This document shows, piece after piece, positions 51,185-62,819 of a stretch of 64,000 bases of DNA. A program made the position numbers and the translations under genes. Below the pieces are notes generated by a model. It worked only from the letters and a program-made list of their open reading frames with translations, searched no databases and was not told the origin of the DNA. The stretch's first letter is position 1; each line of letters opens with the position of its first letter. Source of the stretch: Nitrospirota bacterium (GTDB lineage: Bacteria > Nitrospirota > UBA9217); the NCBI GenBank assembly GCA_963796285.1, contig CAWCKW010000013.1, forward strand, positions 352,001 through 416,000. The letters run 5' to 3'.

Positions 51185-51658
51185 TAATGAACCCTTGAAG
51201 CGCGACCAACGGCAGGGGGCGCGCTTCCCATTTTCGCCCGACATTAACCTATCGCTTTATACCATTCCTCCCCGGGTGACCATCTTCTCAAAGGAACAAT
51301 ATCTCGGGGACTTGTTATTGAAATTGCGTCGAGGATTTGGCGTTCTGATCCGCTGAACCATCTCAATAACGTCTTATTGCACGTGTTGTACTCATCCTCT
51401 ACGTACCGAATCAAACAAAGTATTCACTCCTTATGTGTTTCGGCCGAATAAATTCATCTCGCAACGTCTGGACCAACGTTCCCAAGGTCCACTTGAATCC
51501 GTCCTTTACCCCGAGCTATACCTGGTCATACGGCCCCTGCGTCCTCGAAACATCCTTTAATCAAGTGCTTTCTCATCCTTGGATGTTCTGTTATAATGAT
51601 CATGAAAACATGGTCATCGCTTTTTTCAATTCGCGCAGCAAAACAACCGGAGAACCTC

Positions 51659-54322
51659 ATGCCAGACGAACAGACCCGTATGCCGCACAAGACCATCTAT
51701 CTCAAAGACTATGCCCCGCCGGATTATCGCATCGAGACAGTGCTGCTCGAATTCGACCTTGACGAAACGCGGACACGCGTCAAGTCGCTCCTTACCATTG
51801 CCTCTCATCACGACCGAAGCGCGGCGGTCCGGCCGCTCGTGCTGAACCACGGAAACCTCCTGCTCAAAACGATATGGCTCGATGGGCGGGCTCTGTCCGA
51901 GCAGGAATACGCGCTCGACGACGCATCGCTCACCGTGCCCGGTGTACCGGAACGATGTTCACTCGAGATAGAGACCGAGATCAATCCCAAGGACAACACC
52001 GCACTCTCCGGCCTGTACATGTCGGGCAGCGGGTTCTTCACCCAGTGCGAGGCGGAAGGGTTCCGGAAAATTACGTTTTACCTCGACCGACCCGACGTGA
52101 TGGCGCGGTTCTTCACCACCATCATTGCGGACAAAACGAAATATCCCGTGCTCCTCTCGAACGGGAACCTGATCAAGAGCGGCGACATGCAGGACGGCAG
52201 ACACTTTGCCAAATGGCACGACCCCTTCCCGAAGCCCGCCTACCTCTTTGCACTCGTGGCCGGCAACCTTGCCCGCATCGATGATAAATTCACGACCATG
52301 TCAGGCCGCGACGTTGCGCTGCACATCTACGTCCAGCATCACAACAAGGACAAGTGCGGTCATGCCATGGATTCGCTAAAAAAGGCGATGAAGTGGGACG
52401 AGGAGACGTACGGCAGAGAGTACGACCTCGATATTTTCATGATCGTGGCAACGGACGATTTTAACATGGGTGCCATGGAGAATAAGGGCCTCAACATCTT
52501 CAACTCCAAGTACGTGCTCGCAAAGCCCGAGACCGCGACGGACTCCGACTTCCAGGGCATCATGGGCGTCGTGGCCCACGAGTACTTCCACAACTGGTCC
52601 GGCGACCGCGTGACCTGCCGGGACTGGTTCCAGCTCTCGCTCAAAGAGGGTTTCACCGTGTTCCGTGACCAGCAGTTCATGGAAGATATGACCTCCCTCG
52701 GCGTGCAGCGTATCGGCGATGTCAACATCCTGCGCAGCCACCAGTTTCGCGAAGACAGCGGGCCCATGGCCCACCCGGTCAGGCCCGAGTCGTATGTCGA
52801 GATCAATAATTTCTACACCCTCACCGTGTATAACAAGGGCGCAGAAGTGATACGCATGATGAGGGCCATCCTCGGTCCAACGGGATACCGAAAGGGCACG
52901 GACCTCTATTTCTCGCGCCACGACGGTCAAGCGGTCACGACCGATGATTTCGTCAAGGCCATGGAGGACGCGAACGATACCGACCTCTCCCAGTTCAAGC
53001 GCTGGTACTCACAGGCCGGGACTCCGGAACTCCAGGTCAGTCGTTCCTATGACGCACGGCTTAATCGATACACCCTGACATTCAGGCAGACCTGCCCTCC
53101 TACGCCGGGCCAAACGGAGAAGAAGCCGTTTCACATTCCCGTTGCCATTGGTTTGCTCGGAAGTGACGGGAAGGACCTGAAGGTGAACATCGAGGGGGCG
53201 ACGCGGGGACAGGGAGATACGGGGACGGTGATTCTGGAAATTAAAAAATCCGAAGAGACCTTCGTCTTTACCGACGTTCCCCTGGAGCCGGTCCCATCCG
53301 TCCTGCGCGGCTTCTCAGCGCCGGTAAAAGTAACGCTTGAGCTCACCGACGACGAGCGGCTTTTCCTTATGGCGAACGACAAGGATGAATTCAATCGCTG
53401 GGATGCGGGCCAGCAGCTAGGCGTCAAGATGATCCTGCGCCTCGTAAAGGATTACCAGGAGGGCACGGCGCTCTCGCTCGTTCGCTCCTTCATCGACGCC
53501 TTTAAAAAGACGCTTGAGAGCGGGCTGCGCGACAAGGCCTTTCAGGCCTTCGCGCTCGCGCTGCCGGGAGAGACCTATCTCGCGGACTTCATGACTGTGA
53601 TCGACCCCGCGGCCATTCACGAGGCGCGACGGTTCGTGCAGAAGACCCTGGCAGCGGAACTGAGGGAACAATTCCGTGCCGTGTATCACACGAACCAGGA
53701 CATTGGGCCGTATCGCCATGACCAGGAGGCCATCGGCAGAAGAAGCCTCAAGAACATCTGCCTGGCCTATCTGGCGGAACTCGAAGACGAGGACGGCCGC
53801 GGCCTTTGCATGGAGCAATTCAAAACAGCCGGGAACATGACCGACGTTGTAACGGCCCTGGCGAACCTGGCAAACATCGACTGCCCGGAGCGGAACGAGG
53901 CGCTCGCAACGTTCTACGAGAAATGGAAACACGATCCGCTGGTCATGGACAAGTGGTTTTCGGTCCAGGCCATGTCGCGCCTGCGGGGCGCGCTCGATAC
54001 GGTCAAGGAACTGACGCGTCATTCAGCGTTCAATATAAAAAATCCGAACAAGGTCCGCGCCCTCATCGGAGCGTTCTGCCAGGGAAACCCTGTGCGGTTC
54101 CACGATCCAAGCGGAGCGGGGTATGTCTTCCTGGCCGATCACGTCCTTGCCATCGATCCCATGAACCCCCAGATCGCGGCCCGTCTCACCACCGCCTTCA
54201 CGGCCTGGAAACGCTATGACGAGATACGCAAGGCCCTGATGCGTACACAGCTTGAACGGATCTTGAACGCGCCGAAGCTTTCCAAAGATACGCATGAAGT
54301 CGCGGCGAAGAGCCTTGTCTGA
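51659..54322 (+). CDS. pepN: Aminopeptidase N
   Basis: TQCEAEGFR, GAMEN, HEYFH...E and NPQIAARL. Confidence 0.97.
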   Translation: MPDEQTRMPHKTIYLKDYAPPDYRIETVLLEFDLDETRTRVKSLLTIASHHDRSAAVRPLVLNHGNLLLKTIWLDGRALSEQEYALDDASLTVPGVPERCSLEIETEINPKDNTALSGLYMSGSGFFTQCEAEGFRKITFYLDRPDVMARFFTTIIADKTKYPVLLSNGNLIKSGDMQDGRHFAKWHDPFPKPAYLFALVAGNLARIDDKFTTMSGRDVALHIYVQHHNKDKCGHAMDSLKKAMKWDEETYGREYDLDIFMIVATDDFNMGAMENKGLNIFNSKYVLAKPETATDSDFQGIMGVVAHEYFHNWSGDRVTCRDWFQLSLKEGFTVFRDQQFMEDMTSLGVQRIGDVNILRSHQFREDSGPMAHPVRPESYVEINNFYTLTVYNKGAEVIRMMRAILGPTGYRKGTDLYFSRHDGQAVTTDDFVKAMEDANDTDLSQFKRWYSQAGTPELQVSRSYDARLNRYTLTFRQTCPPTPGQTEKKPFHIPVAIGLLGSDGKDLKVNIEGATRGQGDTGTVILEIKKSEETFVFTDVPLEPVPSVLRGFSAPVKVTLELTDDERLFLMANDKDEFNRWDAGQQLGVKMILRLVKDYQEGTALSLVRSFIDAFKKTLESGLRDKAFQAFALALPGETYLADFMTVIDPAAIHEARRFVQKTLAAELREQFRAVYHTNQDIGPYRHDQEAIGRRSLKNICLAYLAELEDEDGRGLCMEQFKTAGNMTDVVTALANLANIDCPERNEALATFYEKWKHDPLVMDKWFSVQAMSRLRGALDTVKELTRHSAFNIKNPNKVRALIGAFCQGNPVRFHDPSGAGYVFLADHVLAIDPMNPQIAARLTTAFTAWKRYDEIRKALMRTQLERILNAPKLSKDTHEVAAKSLV

Positions 54323-54508
54323 TCGATCAGAAAAGAGCATTTAGCCACAGAGGATGCGCGTGAAGGTTAGCATAGGCGGGATCACAGAGAAAATACCTTG
54401 ATCTTAAAATTGCCTCACCAATCAGGTGAAGCCATTCAAGCTCAATTGCATTTTATTTTCTCTGCGGATTTGCAGTGCTGCGCGGGCAACTGCCGTTTTC
54501 AGGTTGAT

Positions 54509-54712
54509 TCAGTATTGTATAAAAAACGGCAGCGCCATCAGCGCGACGCCGATCACAATACTGAGCCATACATTTGAGACAAAATAGGGAAAGACCATCA
54601 AGCCAACCCCGGAAAGAATCGCTATGACCCGTTGTTGTTTTTTTCCATACACAAAGTAGCCCATGCCGATCGAACCGTACAAAAGACCCCATAGCAAGGT
54701 TGAGCTGTCCAT
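54509..54712 (-). CDS. Small membrane protein
   Basis: IGMGYFVYGKKQ...LMVFPYF; AAAGG RBS; co-oriented with rnhA. Confidence 0.75.
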   Translation of the reverse strand: MDSSTLLWGLLYGSIGMGYFVYGKKQQRVIAILSGVGLMVFPYFVSNVWLSIVIGVALMALPFFIQY

Positions 54713-54724
54713 GAAGTTAGCCTT

Positions 54725-55489
54725 TCACTTTTTCCCGTACCCGTGGTCCGGCGGCAAGTTGTCGCGCTGCGTCTGTTCCACGGCCAGGAAGTCGCACCGT
54801 TCGTTCTCCTGGTTGCCGTCGTGGCCCCTCACCCATGAAAAGCTCACCGCATGTTTTTCGCAGAGATCGAGAAGCCGCGACCAGAGATCGCTGTTCTCCG
54901 CGATCTCATCCTTGTTTCGCTTCCAGTCATTCTTTTTCCACCGGCGGGCCCACCCTTTTTCCATGCCATTGACGACATATTGCGAGTCGCTGTAAACGAT
55001 CACCGAAGACGTTCGTTCGAGCGCCTCAAGGCCTTTTATGCAGGCCGTCAATTCCATGCGGTTATTGGTCGTCCTCTCGAAGCCTCCGGAAAATTCGCTT
55101 CGAATGCCGCCTTTAAACACAACCACGCCGTATCCGCCAGCACCCGGGTTCCTGCTGCACCCTCCGTCGGCGTAGATGACCACGTCCGCTTCGGGCTTGT
55201 CCGTCCGATGATGCGCAAGGCCATCCATGACCGATTTCGGTCGGCGGGACGCTTTTTTTTGCGTGACCGTTTTCTCGGAGAGAGAAATAGGCAGTATTTG
55301 TTGTTTGCCCGCTGTCTTCGCGGACCATTTGTCGAGCCAGGCCTCCGCTTCTCCGCGGGACGCGAACCCTTTGTACTCAGCGCCGGGGAACCCCTTTATC
55401 TGCGCTTCCGCGCCAAGAGCGCCGAACCACTCGTCGTATATTCCCGGCCTGTGGCCTTTGCGGACTGCGTATGATTTATTCTTAGCCAT
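54725..55489 (-). CDS. rnhA: Ribonuclease HI with N-terminal viroplasmin/hybrid-binding domain
   Basis: YAVRKG..PGIY..W...YKGF; DGGC..NPG, TTNNRMEL, DSQYV and WVRGH...NERCD. Confidence 0.95.
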   Translation of the reverse strand: MAKNKSYAVRKGHRPGIYDEWFGALGAEAQIKGFPGAEYKGFASRGEAEAWLDKWSAKTAGKQQILPISLSEKTVTQKKASRRPKSVMDGLAHHRTDKPEADVVIYADGGCSRNPGAGGYGVVVFKGGIRSEFSGGFERTTNNRMELTACIKGLEALERTSSVIVYSDSQYVVNGMEKGWARRWKKNDWKRNKDEIAENSDLWSRLLDLCEKHAVSFSWVRGHDGNQENERCDFLAVEQTQRDNLPPDHGYGKK

Positions 55490-55571
55490 ATGAACAAAGA
55501 GCGTAACTGCTCAGGTCCGTCCCACCCGACCCCTCCGGTTGTCCAATCTATACCGGTTGCCGTGTGAAGCG

Positions 55572-56219
55572 TTAAAAATGATACGCAGTGGTAAGCATGA
55601 AACTGAATCCGCTCCCGTTTAACCGGTCATCTATGGTTCCGCTATGATCAACGCCGCTTGCGTCGGTGTAATCTACATATCGGTACATGGTACCCAGGGT
55701 CACGGACACATGCGGAGTGAGGTATGCATCGATGCCCGCTCCAAAATTGGCCCCGGGCCCTGAGAGAGTTGCATCGCCTACTTCTCCAGTCGAGATATTT
55801 CTCGATCCATGATTGATAAGAAGCGAGTTACCGCTGATGCCGAACAAGAGGTATGGCTGCACCGTTCCGGATGATAAAAAGCTGTATTTACCATTGACGC
55901 TGAAACTGGTGTAACTGACATCACCCCGCTGCCCTGACCACCTACCCCTGTGCCATGAACTCATTAAGTTAAGTTCGATGGCACCCTGATCAGTTATTCC
56001 ATACCCGCCAAGGACGTCGATGCCAAAATCATTTTTAATGTCAGGCAAGAAAATTACTTCAGAGCCGTTCTGCAAAATACCCGCAGAGCCGTTAAAATCA
56101 CTCTCGAACGTGTTGTACGTGGCTCCAAGACCGACATAGAATCCCTGTTTTGCCTCGGCATCCGGGACTGCCGTAAGAACCATGATCGCCGCGATGAGTA
56201 TGACAATTTTCCCGTACAT
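55572..56219 (-). CDS. Outer-membrane beta-barrel (OmpA/OmpW-like)
   Basis: Signal peptide, QPYL.FG and terminal YHF. Confidence 0.85.
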   Translation of the reverse strand: MYGKIVILIAAIMVLTAVPDAEAKQGFYVGLGATYNTFESDFNGSAGILQNGSEVIFLPDIKNDFGIDVLGGYGITDQGAIELNLMSSWHRGRWSGQRGDVSYTSFSVNGKYSFLSSGTVQPYLLFGISGNSLLINHGSRNISTGEVGDATLSGPGANFGAGIDAYLTPHVSVTLGTMYRYVDYTDASGVDHSGTIDDRLNGSGFSFMLTTAYHF

Positions 56220-56679
56220 ACAGGCCTCCTTGATATAATTATTTTACGATGTTGCCTATCGATACTTCGCAATGTCTAAACGAAAAATCACCACATCTGC
56301 CCTCATTCCTCAAATCCCCTTGCCTTCGTGCCTGATGGCGGGAAGTACTGAAACATGGCGACGCATGTTGCGAGCTGGAGGCACATGGCATAAGAAGCTA
56401 TCGTGGATGGAATTAATTATAGAGCTAATCAATCTATTGTCAAGGATGTTGATTGGTTATTCTGGGTGGTGCAGACGTGGAGAGAGTCGGGTTAGCGCTG
56501 AGCGCGGGGTATTTCAAATGCGGGTTTCGGTTTGTGGAAAAGTTGCGTGCCGTCGGCGTTTTATGACTTTCTCATTTCCTGCCGAACATTTGCGCCATCA
56601 GGTTCACTAATACGGACAGCAACGTGTCTCGTGCATCCATAAGATGAACGCAGTCCCCTGCTCTCCTATCGGCTTTTAT

Positions 56680-59600
56680 TCAAGCAAGTAATGCATTCAA
56701 CGTGTTCTGCAGCTCTTCTATATTATACGGCTTCTTGAGGAAGGCACGGAACCCCTGCTTGCGATAATTCGACAAGGCAGCGTCATCCGAGTAGCCGCTC
56801 GATACGACCGCTACTACATCTCGATCGAGCTCCACCAGCTTGCGCAGGGTCTCTATTCCGCCCATCCCTCCCCGGATGGTCAGGTCCAGGATGACAAGAT
56901 CGAAAGGAATGCCCGCGTCTCGCGCGGCCTGATAGACCTCCAGCGCGGTTTCACCGGATTCCACACAGACAACATCATGCCCGATAGAGGTCAGCAGTTC
57001 TCTCGAGACCTCTCTGATCATCTCCTCGTCATCCATGACCAGGACCCTTGCTTGCCGAGTCGCTGCGACGATGGTCGGGGCTTGCTGTTTTTCCACTGCT
57101 GCATTGGACGCGGGAAGATAAATAAAGAAGGTGGTCCCTTTGCCGATCTCGGACTGTACCCGTATCAGACCTCCGTGGTTCTTGATGATGGAATAAACTG
57201 TGGCGAGCCCCAGTCCGCTCCCTTTTTCTTTGGTCGTGAAGTATGGATCGAATATCCTCGTCAGATGTTCTGCAGGAATTCCGTTGCCCTGATCACGGAT
57301 CGCGATCTCCACAAGATCGCCCTGCAGGTCGGCTGGCGGGACAATCGACGCAGCGGCCATGTTCCGCACCGATACCCGGATCATGCCGCCCAGAGGCATG
57401 GCCTGGTCGGCGTTCAGCACGATGTTCTGGATCACCTGGCCGATCTGGCCCTCATCTGCTACGGCTGTGCGGAGGTCCTTGTCAACGGTTATCTCGTAGG
57501 TGATACGGGAGCCGCTCAGGGCGAACGCTACCGCGTTCTCGATGACCGACCGGAGATCAAGGGCCTTTTTCACCGGCTTGCCGCCCTTCGAGAAGGTAAG
57601 GAGTTGTGTGGTGAGGTTCACGGACTGGTGCAGGGCCTTTTCTGCCTGTGCGAGCATGGCGAGCGACTTGTCCTTCTGGTCGAAGGTGAGTTTGGCCATG
57701 GAGATGAACCCGAAGACACCCTGCAGGAGATTGTTGAAGTCATGGGCGATGCCGCCGGCGAGCGTGCCGACGGACTCGAGCTTCTGCGTCTTGAGCCGCT
57801 CTTCTTCGAGGAGGTGTTTTTCCGAAATATCCACGAGGAACGCCGCGATACAGGGACGTCCGTCATATTCCAATTTGACGGTGTTGATGCTCATCTGGAT
57901 GGAAGAGCCGTCTTTTCGCCTGATCGTCCGCTCCGTGTAATCCAGTTTTTCCTCGGCATGGGACTGAAAACCCGCGGCTGACCGTGACGCCTCCTCCGGA
58001 ATTGCCAGGTCCGTCGCTTTCAATGCATGGAATTCCTGTTCGCTGTAGCCCAGCAGGCGGCAGATCTCCGGATTGGCATACAGGATCTGCCGGGTCTCCA
58101 GATCTGCGACAAGGATGCCCGTGGACGCATGTTCGATAATGGACCGGAACCGGGCCTCCGAGGCACGAAGCGCTTTGTCCTGCTGGATGTGCTCGGTGAC
58201 ATTGCGCGTCAGGCCCAGCATCGCAACGATCTCGTCCTTTTCGTTGCGCAGCGGAACGGCATTCGTCTCCAGCCACACGTGGCGCCCTTTCATGCCGATC
58301 GCCTCGAACAGCAGGGTCCCGCTCTTGCCCTGGAAGACCTGCCTGGTCAGGTCCATAAACGACTGCGAATACTCGGACGTGATCATGGGGCAGATGCATT
58401 GACCTCTCACCTGGTCCAGTGAATCCGCCTGTATCATATCCAGCCCCGCGCGGTTCATCATGATCAGGTTCGCATTCTCGTCAAGCAGTTTAACGCATTC
58501 CGGTTCAGCGTCGATGATCGTCTGGAGCATCCGCTCGCTCCTCCGCCGTTCGTCCTCTGCCCGTTTTCGTTCCGTGATGTCCCTGATGATGTCCCGCGAG
58601 CCAACGATCCTGCCGTTATTAACAATGGCTGATGAACTGACCTCGATATCAACGAAGGTGCCGTCCTTTTTCCGAACTTTACCGATAAATCGCTGATAGG
58701 CCCCCTGTCTCGCCAATTCACTGAACGCATCTTCCGTGCGGGGAAGCTGCTCCGGTGGGATCATATCGCGGATGCTCATCGACAGAAGTTCCTCCCGGGA
58801 ATAGCCGAAAAGCTCCAAGGCGCGTTTGTTGACATCCACATAGTTCTGCTTGTCATCCACAATGACGATAGGGTCAATGGCGTTCTCGAACAGGTCCCGG
58901 TATCGTTCCTCGGACCTTCGCAGGTCCTCCTCCAACCGCTTTCTTTCGGTTACATCCTCGATCACCGCCTGGGAACGGACAACATTGCCTGCAGCATCCC
59001 GTTCTGCGGTCGCTGAAAGAAGCACATCAATCACGTCACCGTTCTTTTTTACGAACTGGTACGAAATATCCTTAAGTACGCCGTCCCGGAAGAATGCAGG
59101 CTGAATGACCTCCTGGGCATATTTACGCGATGCGTCTGTATAGAAATCCGTAATTTTTCTGCCGATCACTTCGCTTCGCTCATAGCCCATGGTTTTAAGC
59201 CAGTAGTCATTCACGTCGACGATAACCCTGTTCCGGTCTATGGAATGGAGCATGACCGGCGTTTCATTATAAAAGCGCCGGTATTTCTCTTCGCTCTGCT
59301 TCAGGGCAAGTTCGGACCGCTTGCGCATGCTGATGTCGGTAATCACGCCGATCAGGCCGAGTTCGTTGCCGTGGACGTCGTGGAGCCGCCTGCATGCAAG
59401 GTGGCCCAAAAACTGGGTGCCGTCCTTCCGCGAGTAGAGGCGTTCAATGTCCACGCAGGGAACCTCGCTTGCCAGCAAAGCCAGCATATTCTTCTGTGCG
59501 GTCTCCCTCTCCGACGGGTGCACATGGTCGACGTATTCGCTCCCGACAAGCTCTTCGAGCGTCCGCCCGAACATCTCTGCCATGCCCCGGTTGGCGTGGG

Positions 59601-60159
59601 TGATGCGGCCGGTCTTGTCTACCAGGCCGATCGCCACATTCGCGGTGTCCATTATCTGCCGCAGCATGGCGCCGCGCTCGGCGATCTCCTCTTCGGCCCG
59701 TTTTCGCTCAGTGATGTCCCGCAGGATCACGAGGGTGTAGTCTTCACCATTCTCCTGATACGAGGAAACATTGACCTCCATGTCGAACGCTGACCCATTG
59801 ATGCGCAGGCCGCGCGTCTCGTAGGCCGTCGGTACTGCCTCGCCCCGTTCTCGACGAAGGATATACTCTTTGATGTGGTCTCGGTTTTCGGGCGCAATGA
59901 GGTCCAGGACCGGTTTGCCGGCAAGATCGGTCCCCGGGGGAAACCCGAACAGTTCAAGATACGCGGGATTCACGAACACATGGATTCCGGCTTTTGAAAC
60001 GCCGATGGCGTCCCGTGAACTCTCGAAGACAGCCCGAAATCGAGCCTCGATCTGTGCGGACCTTTCGGTTGGAACGTCCGTGCTGCGTCGGCACGCGCCG
60101 CTTCGCGCACCCTTGGAGCCGGCGCTATTCTTATGAGAGGATTTCTCCTTGTCGGTCAT
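56680..60159 (-). CDS. Multi-PAS hybrid histidine kinase
   Basis: About six PAS/PAC repeats (DITERKR), AHDFNN, GSGLGL and a C-terminal receiver domain. Confidence 0.95.
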   Translation of the reverse strand: MTDKEKSSHKNSAGSKGARSGACRRSTDVPTERSAQIEARFRAVFESSRDAIGVSKAGIHVFVNPAYLELFGFPPGTDLAGKPVLDLIAPENRDHIKEYILRRERGEAVPTAYETRGLRINGSAFDMEVNVSSYQENGEDYTLVILRDITERKRAEEEIAERGAMLRQIMDTANVAIGLVDKTGRITHANRGMAEMFGRTLEELVGSEYVDHVHPSERETAQKNMLALLASEVPCVDIERLYSRKDGTQFLGHLACRRLHDVHGNELGLIGVITDISMRKRSELALKQSEEKYRRFYNETPVMLHSIDRNRVIVDVNDYWLKTMGYERSEVIGRKITDFYTDASRKYAQEVIQPAFFRDGVLKDISYQFVKKNGDVIDVLLSATAERDAAGNVVRSQAVIEDVTERKRLEEDLRRSEERYRDLFENAIDPIVIVDDKQNYVDVNKRALELFGYSREELLSMSIRDMIPPEQLPRTEDAFSELARQGAYQRFIGKVRKKDGTFVDIEVSSSAIVNNGRIVGSRDIIRDITERKRAEDERRRSERMLQTIIDAEPECVKLLDENANLIMMNRAGLDMIQADSLDQVRGQCICPMITSEYSQSFMDLTRQVFQGKSGTLLFEAIGMKGRHVWLETNAVPLRNEKDEIVAMLGLTRNVTEHIQQDKALRASEARFRSIIEHASTGILVADLETRQILYANPEICRLLGYSEQEFHALKATDLAIPEEASRSAAGFQSHAEEKLDYTERTIRRKDGSSIQMSINTVKLEYDGRPCIAAFLVDISEKHLLEEERLKTQKLESVGTLAGGIAHDFNNLLQGVFGFISMAKLTFDQKDKSLAMLAQAEKALHQSVNLTTQLLTFSKGGKPVKKALDLRSVIENAVAFALSGSRITYEITVDKDLRTAVADEGQIGQVIQNIVLNADQAMPLGGMIRVSVRNMAAASIVPPADLQGDLVEIAIRDQGNGIPAEHLTRIFDPYFTTKEKGSGLGLATVYSIIKNHGGLIRVQSEIGKGTTFFIYLPASNAAVEKQQAPTIVAATRQARVLVMDDEEMIREVSRELLTSIGHDVVCVESGETALEVYQAARDAGIPFDLVILDLTIRGGMGGIETLRKLVELDRDVVAVVSSGYSDDAALSNYRKQGFRAFLKKPYNIEELQNTLNALLA

Positions 60160-60323
60160 GCATCCTCCTGCTGCGGAACATTCGGCAACTACTGGGCGGA
60201 GATCATCATACTGTCAAATTATAGCGGAAAAAACAGTGTTGCGCAGATATAGCATCCAGGTTAAGGCTGTGAGTGCGATCGTTCGACAAAAGAAGAAAGC
60301 GCCGGCAATGATACATCATACGT

Positions 60324-62244
60324 TTATGATGTGGTCATTACCCCGCCGAACATTTCCACAATCTTGTTGACTAACGCAGGCAGCGACGGGTCCCGTGCCC
60401 CCATGAGAAGAACGCAATCTCCCGGTCTCACTTCGGCCTGCAGTTTGGCCAACAATTCATCGCGACCGCTGACCGCTTGCGCATTGAATGCCACGGCACC
60501 GATGCCATTGATGATGTCCTCCGAGGAAATGTCCTTTTGTGCCGTACCCCCTGCATAATAGATCGGCAGGAGATAGAGCGAGTCATTTGGCCGGAAGGCG
60601 GTCCGAAAGGTTGCGATGTATTCATCCTTTAAGAACCGTGTCGGACCGAACCCGTGCGGCTGGTAGATGGCGATAATGCGGCCGGAAATGCCCCGCGCCG
60701 CGCGGACAACAGCCGCTATCTTTGCCGGATTATGCGCAAAGTCGTCGACCACATGCACGTTCTGCGTTGTCCTGGTCACGGAAAAACGCCGGGCCACACC
60801 TTCGTAATTTTTTACCGCTTCGGCAAGCGCCGTAGGCTCGCATCCGAAATGCTCGCACACGCAAAGCGCTGCGCGCAGGTTTTCAAGATTGTGATCGCCC
60901 GGAAGCGGCAGATGATATTCCGTGTCGCTCTTAAAAAGCTTGACCGAAGTCGGTAGGAGCTCGTAATGGTCCGGCCGCCAAGAGCCGGCACCATTCCGTC
61001 CGAAGCGTACGGTAGCGGGAAGGGACGCAAGGAGCGGATCGTCGGCATTTGATGCTGTCCAGGAAGAGTTTGAAATCAGCGTTTCGAAAAGCTGCTTTAA
61101 TCTCATCGGTGCTTTTGTGGTCTTTGGAAATATTCAGGATGACCGCTGCCTCGGGACGATATTTGACAAGCGTTCCGTCGCTTTCGTCCGCCTCTACCAC
61201 CAAAAGATCCGATCCGCCATGATAGGCATTGCCGATGAGCCCCTGTTTTTCAAGCCGGCGCAAACCGGCGCCGCTGATGAGCGAGGGCGATTTCTCGCAC
61301 GCAGTCAGGAATTCGAATATCATCGCGGTCACCGTGGATTTGCCGCTCGTGCCGGCGACGGCGATGGTCTTTTTCGTCGCGATGAGCGCGCTGAGCAGAT
61401 CGGAGCGATGGACGATGGGAAGTCCGCGGCTATGAGCCGCGGCGAGGTCGGGATTTGATTCTTCTATTGCGGTCGAGACGCAGACAACATCGGTGTCCGC
61501 GCCCACGCCTGAACCGTCCTGCTGAACAATGTCACACCCGAGCCCTTCAAGCGATCGGCGGATGGAGGCGGTATCCTCGCTTGCGTGGAACCGGTCGGAA
61601 CCCGAGACCGTGATCCCCTGGAAGCGCAGGTATTGCGCGAGCGCGCTCATGCCGCTGCCGAAGATACCGGTGAAATGGACGCTGCGGCAGGATCGCTCAT
61701 TGATAACGATGGGAGAAGGTTCGATGTACACGAGCGTGCCTTCTTTTACCATATCAAAAAGGCGAATGACGTCGTGATTGCGGAGGCACACGCACCCGTG
61801 CGAAAGGGGCCTGCCGATCAGGTCCTCGCGGCCGGTGCCGTGGATATAGATGTAGCGCTCATAGGAATCCACGCCCGTGCCCTTATTGATTCCCTGCTCA
61901 AGTCCTTCTAGCCGCAGGATACGGGTCAGGATCAGGTTGTCTCCGGTCTGGCTGTGGTCCCAATCCTCGCCCGCATCCTCGCGGTCCCGGAAAATGCGGC
62001 CGGGAGGCGCACCAGCCCCGAACTTCTCCTTGATCCGATGAACACCGAGCGGCGTTTTGAGCGAGTTCTCCCGATTGCCATTGCCGAAACGGGAGGTTGA
62101 GCAGTCATATCGCTCGACAATGGTGTCATTCATGCAGACGAGAAGCGTTTGCGTCTCGATCGACACCACGATAAAAAGGTCCGCTGGATCGGCCAACAAC
62201 CGTTGCAAATTTTTGTAAATACCGGGTAATCGAGCTGTTTCCAT
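60324..62244 (-). CDS. YkuD (L,D-peptidase) domain fused to MurC/Mpl-type ligase (frameshift near 61098)
   Basis: IYIHGT...SHGC, then GIFGSGMSALA, GTSGKST, EADESDG, DH, GDHN, RRF, DDFAHNP and QPH. Confidence 0.88.
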
Positions 62245-62522
62245 AAGAGGGTCGCTGCGTTCATTCCTTTGCAGGAGTGGTATTTTAACCCGTTCAGTTG
62301 CAGACGTCTATAGAAGAAAACCATGAGATGGGTTCCCACTCGCTGTCGAAGCCAGGCACACCGCACCTACCACTGCGAATGTTTTTTGAGGTCTGCCGTA
62401 ACTTTGCTTTTCATCCAATAGCTCCTGAAGCGTATTTGGAGTGGTTGCGGAGCCGCATTGCCGGCAAGTCCCGGCAAGCTCAATCTCGAAGAGAGGTCGG
62501 TCACCGTCGATCCGCGACAACG

Positions 62523-62819
62523 CTACTGCAGCCTTGCCCTGCACTTCTTGCAGATCTTCCTGTTGATATCGGTGCCCAGGTGTTTTCCGCAGGAGGGACA
62601 GGTCCAGTTATAGAGCGTATACACTATGTACGATGCTATGACAACGGCCTGGGCCCCGAAGAGTGCACCTTTTGAATATGCTCCGAAAAGATCGGGGCGC
62701 TTATAGATCACGGCGCACAAGAGAACGCCAAAGAGTGTAGCCGCTATCGCGATGAACTGACGGCTCTGGCGAGCCCGGAACTCCTGCATGATCTGTTGAG
62801 GGTCTTTTTTTTGTGCCAT
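62523..62819 (-). CDS. Small membrane protein with C-terminal Zn ribbon
   Basis: Two TM segments, NWTCPSC...CKKC. Confidence 0.8.
   Translation of the reverse strand: MAQKKDPQQIMQEFRARQSRQFIAIAATLFGVLLCAVIYKRPDLFGAYSKGALFGAQAVVIASYIVYTLYNWTCPSCGKHLGTDINRKICKKCRARLQ

Noticed and set aside
51240-51560. Decayed minus-strand gene between ytxH and pepN
   Set aside because: Multiple stops and no recognisable family.
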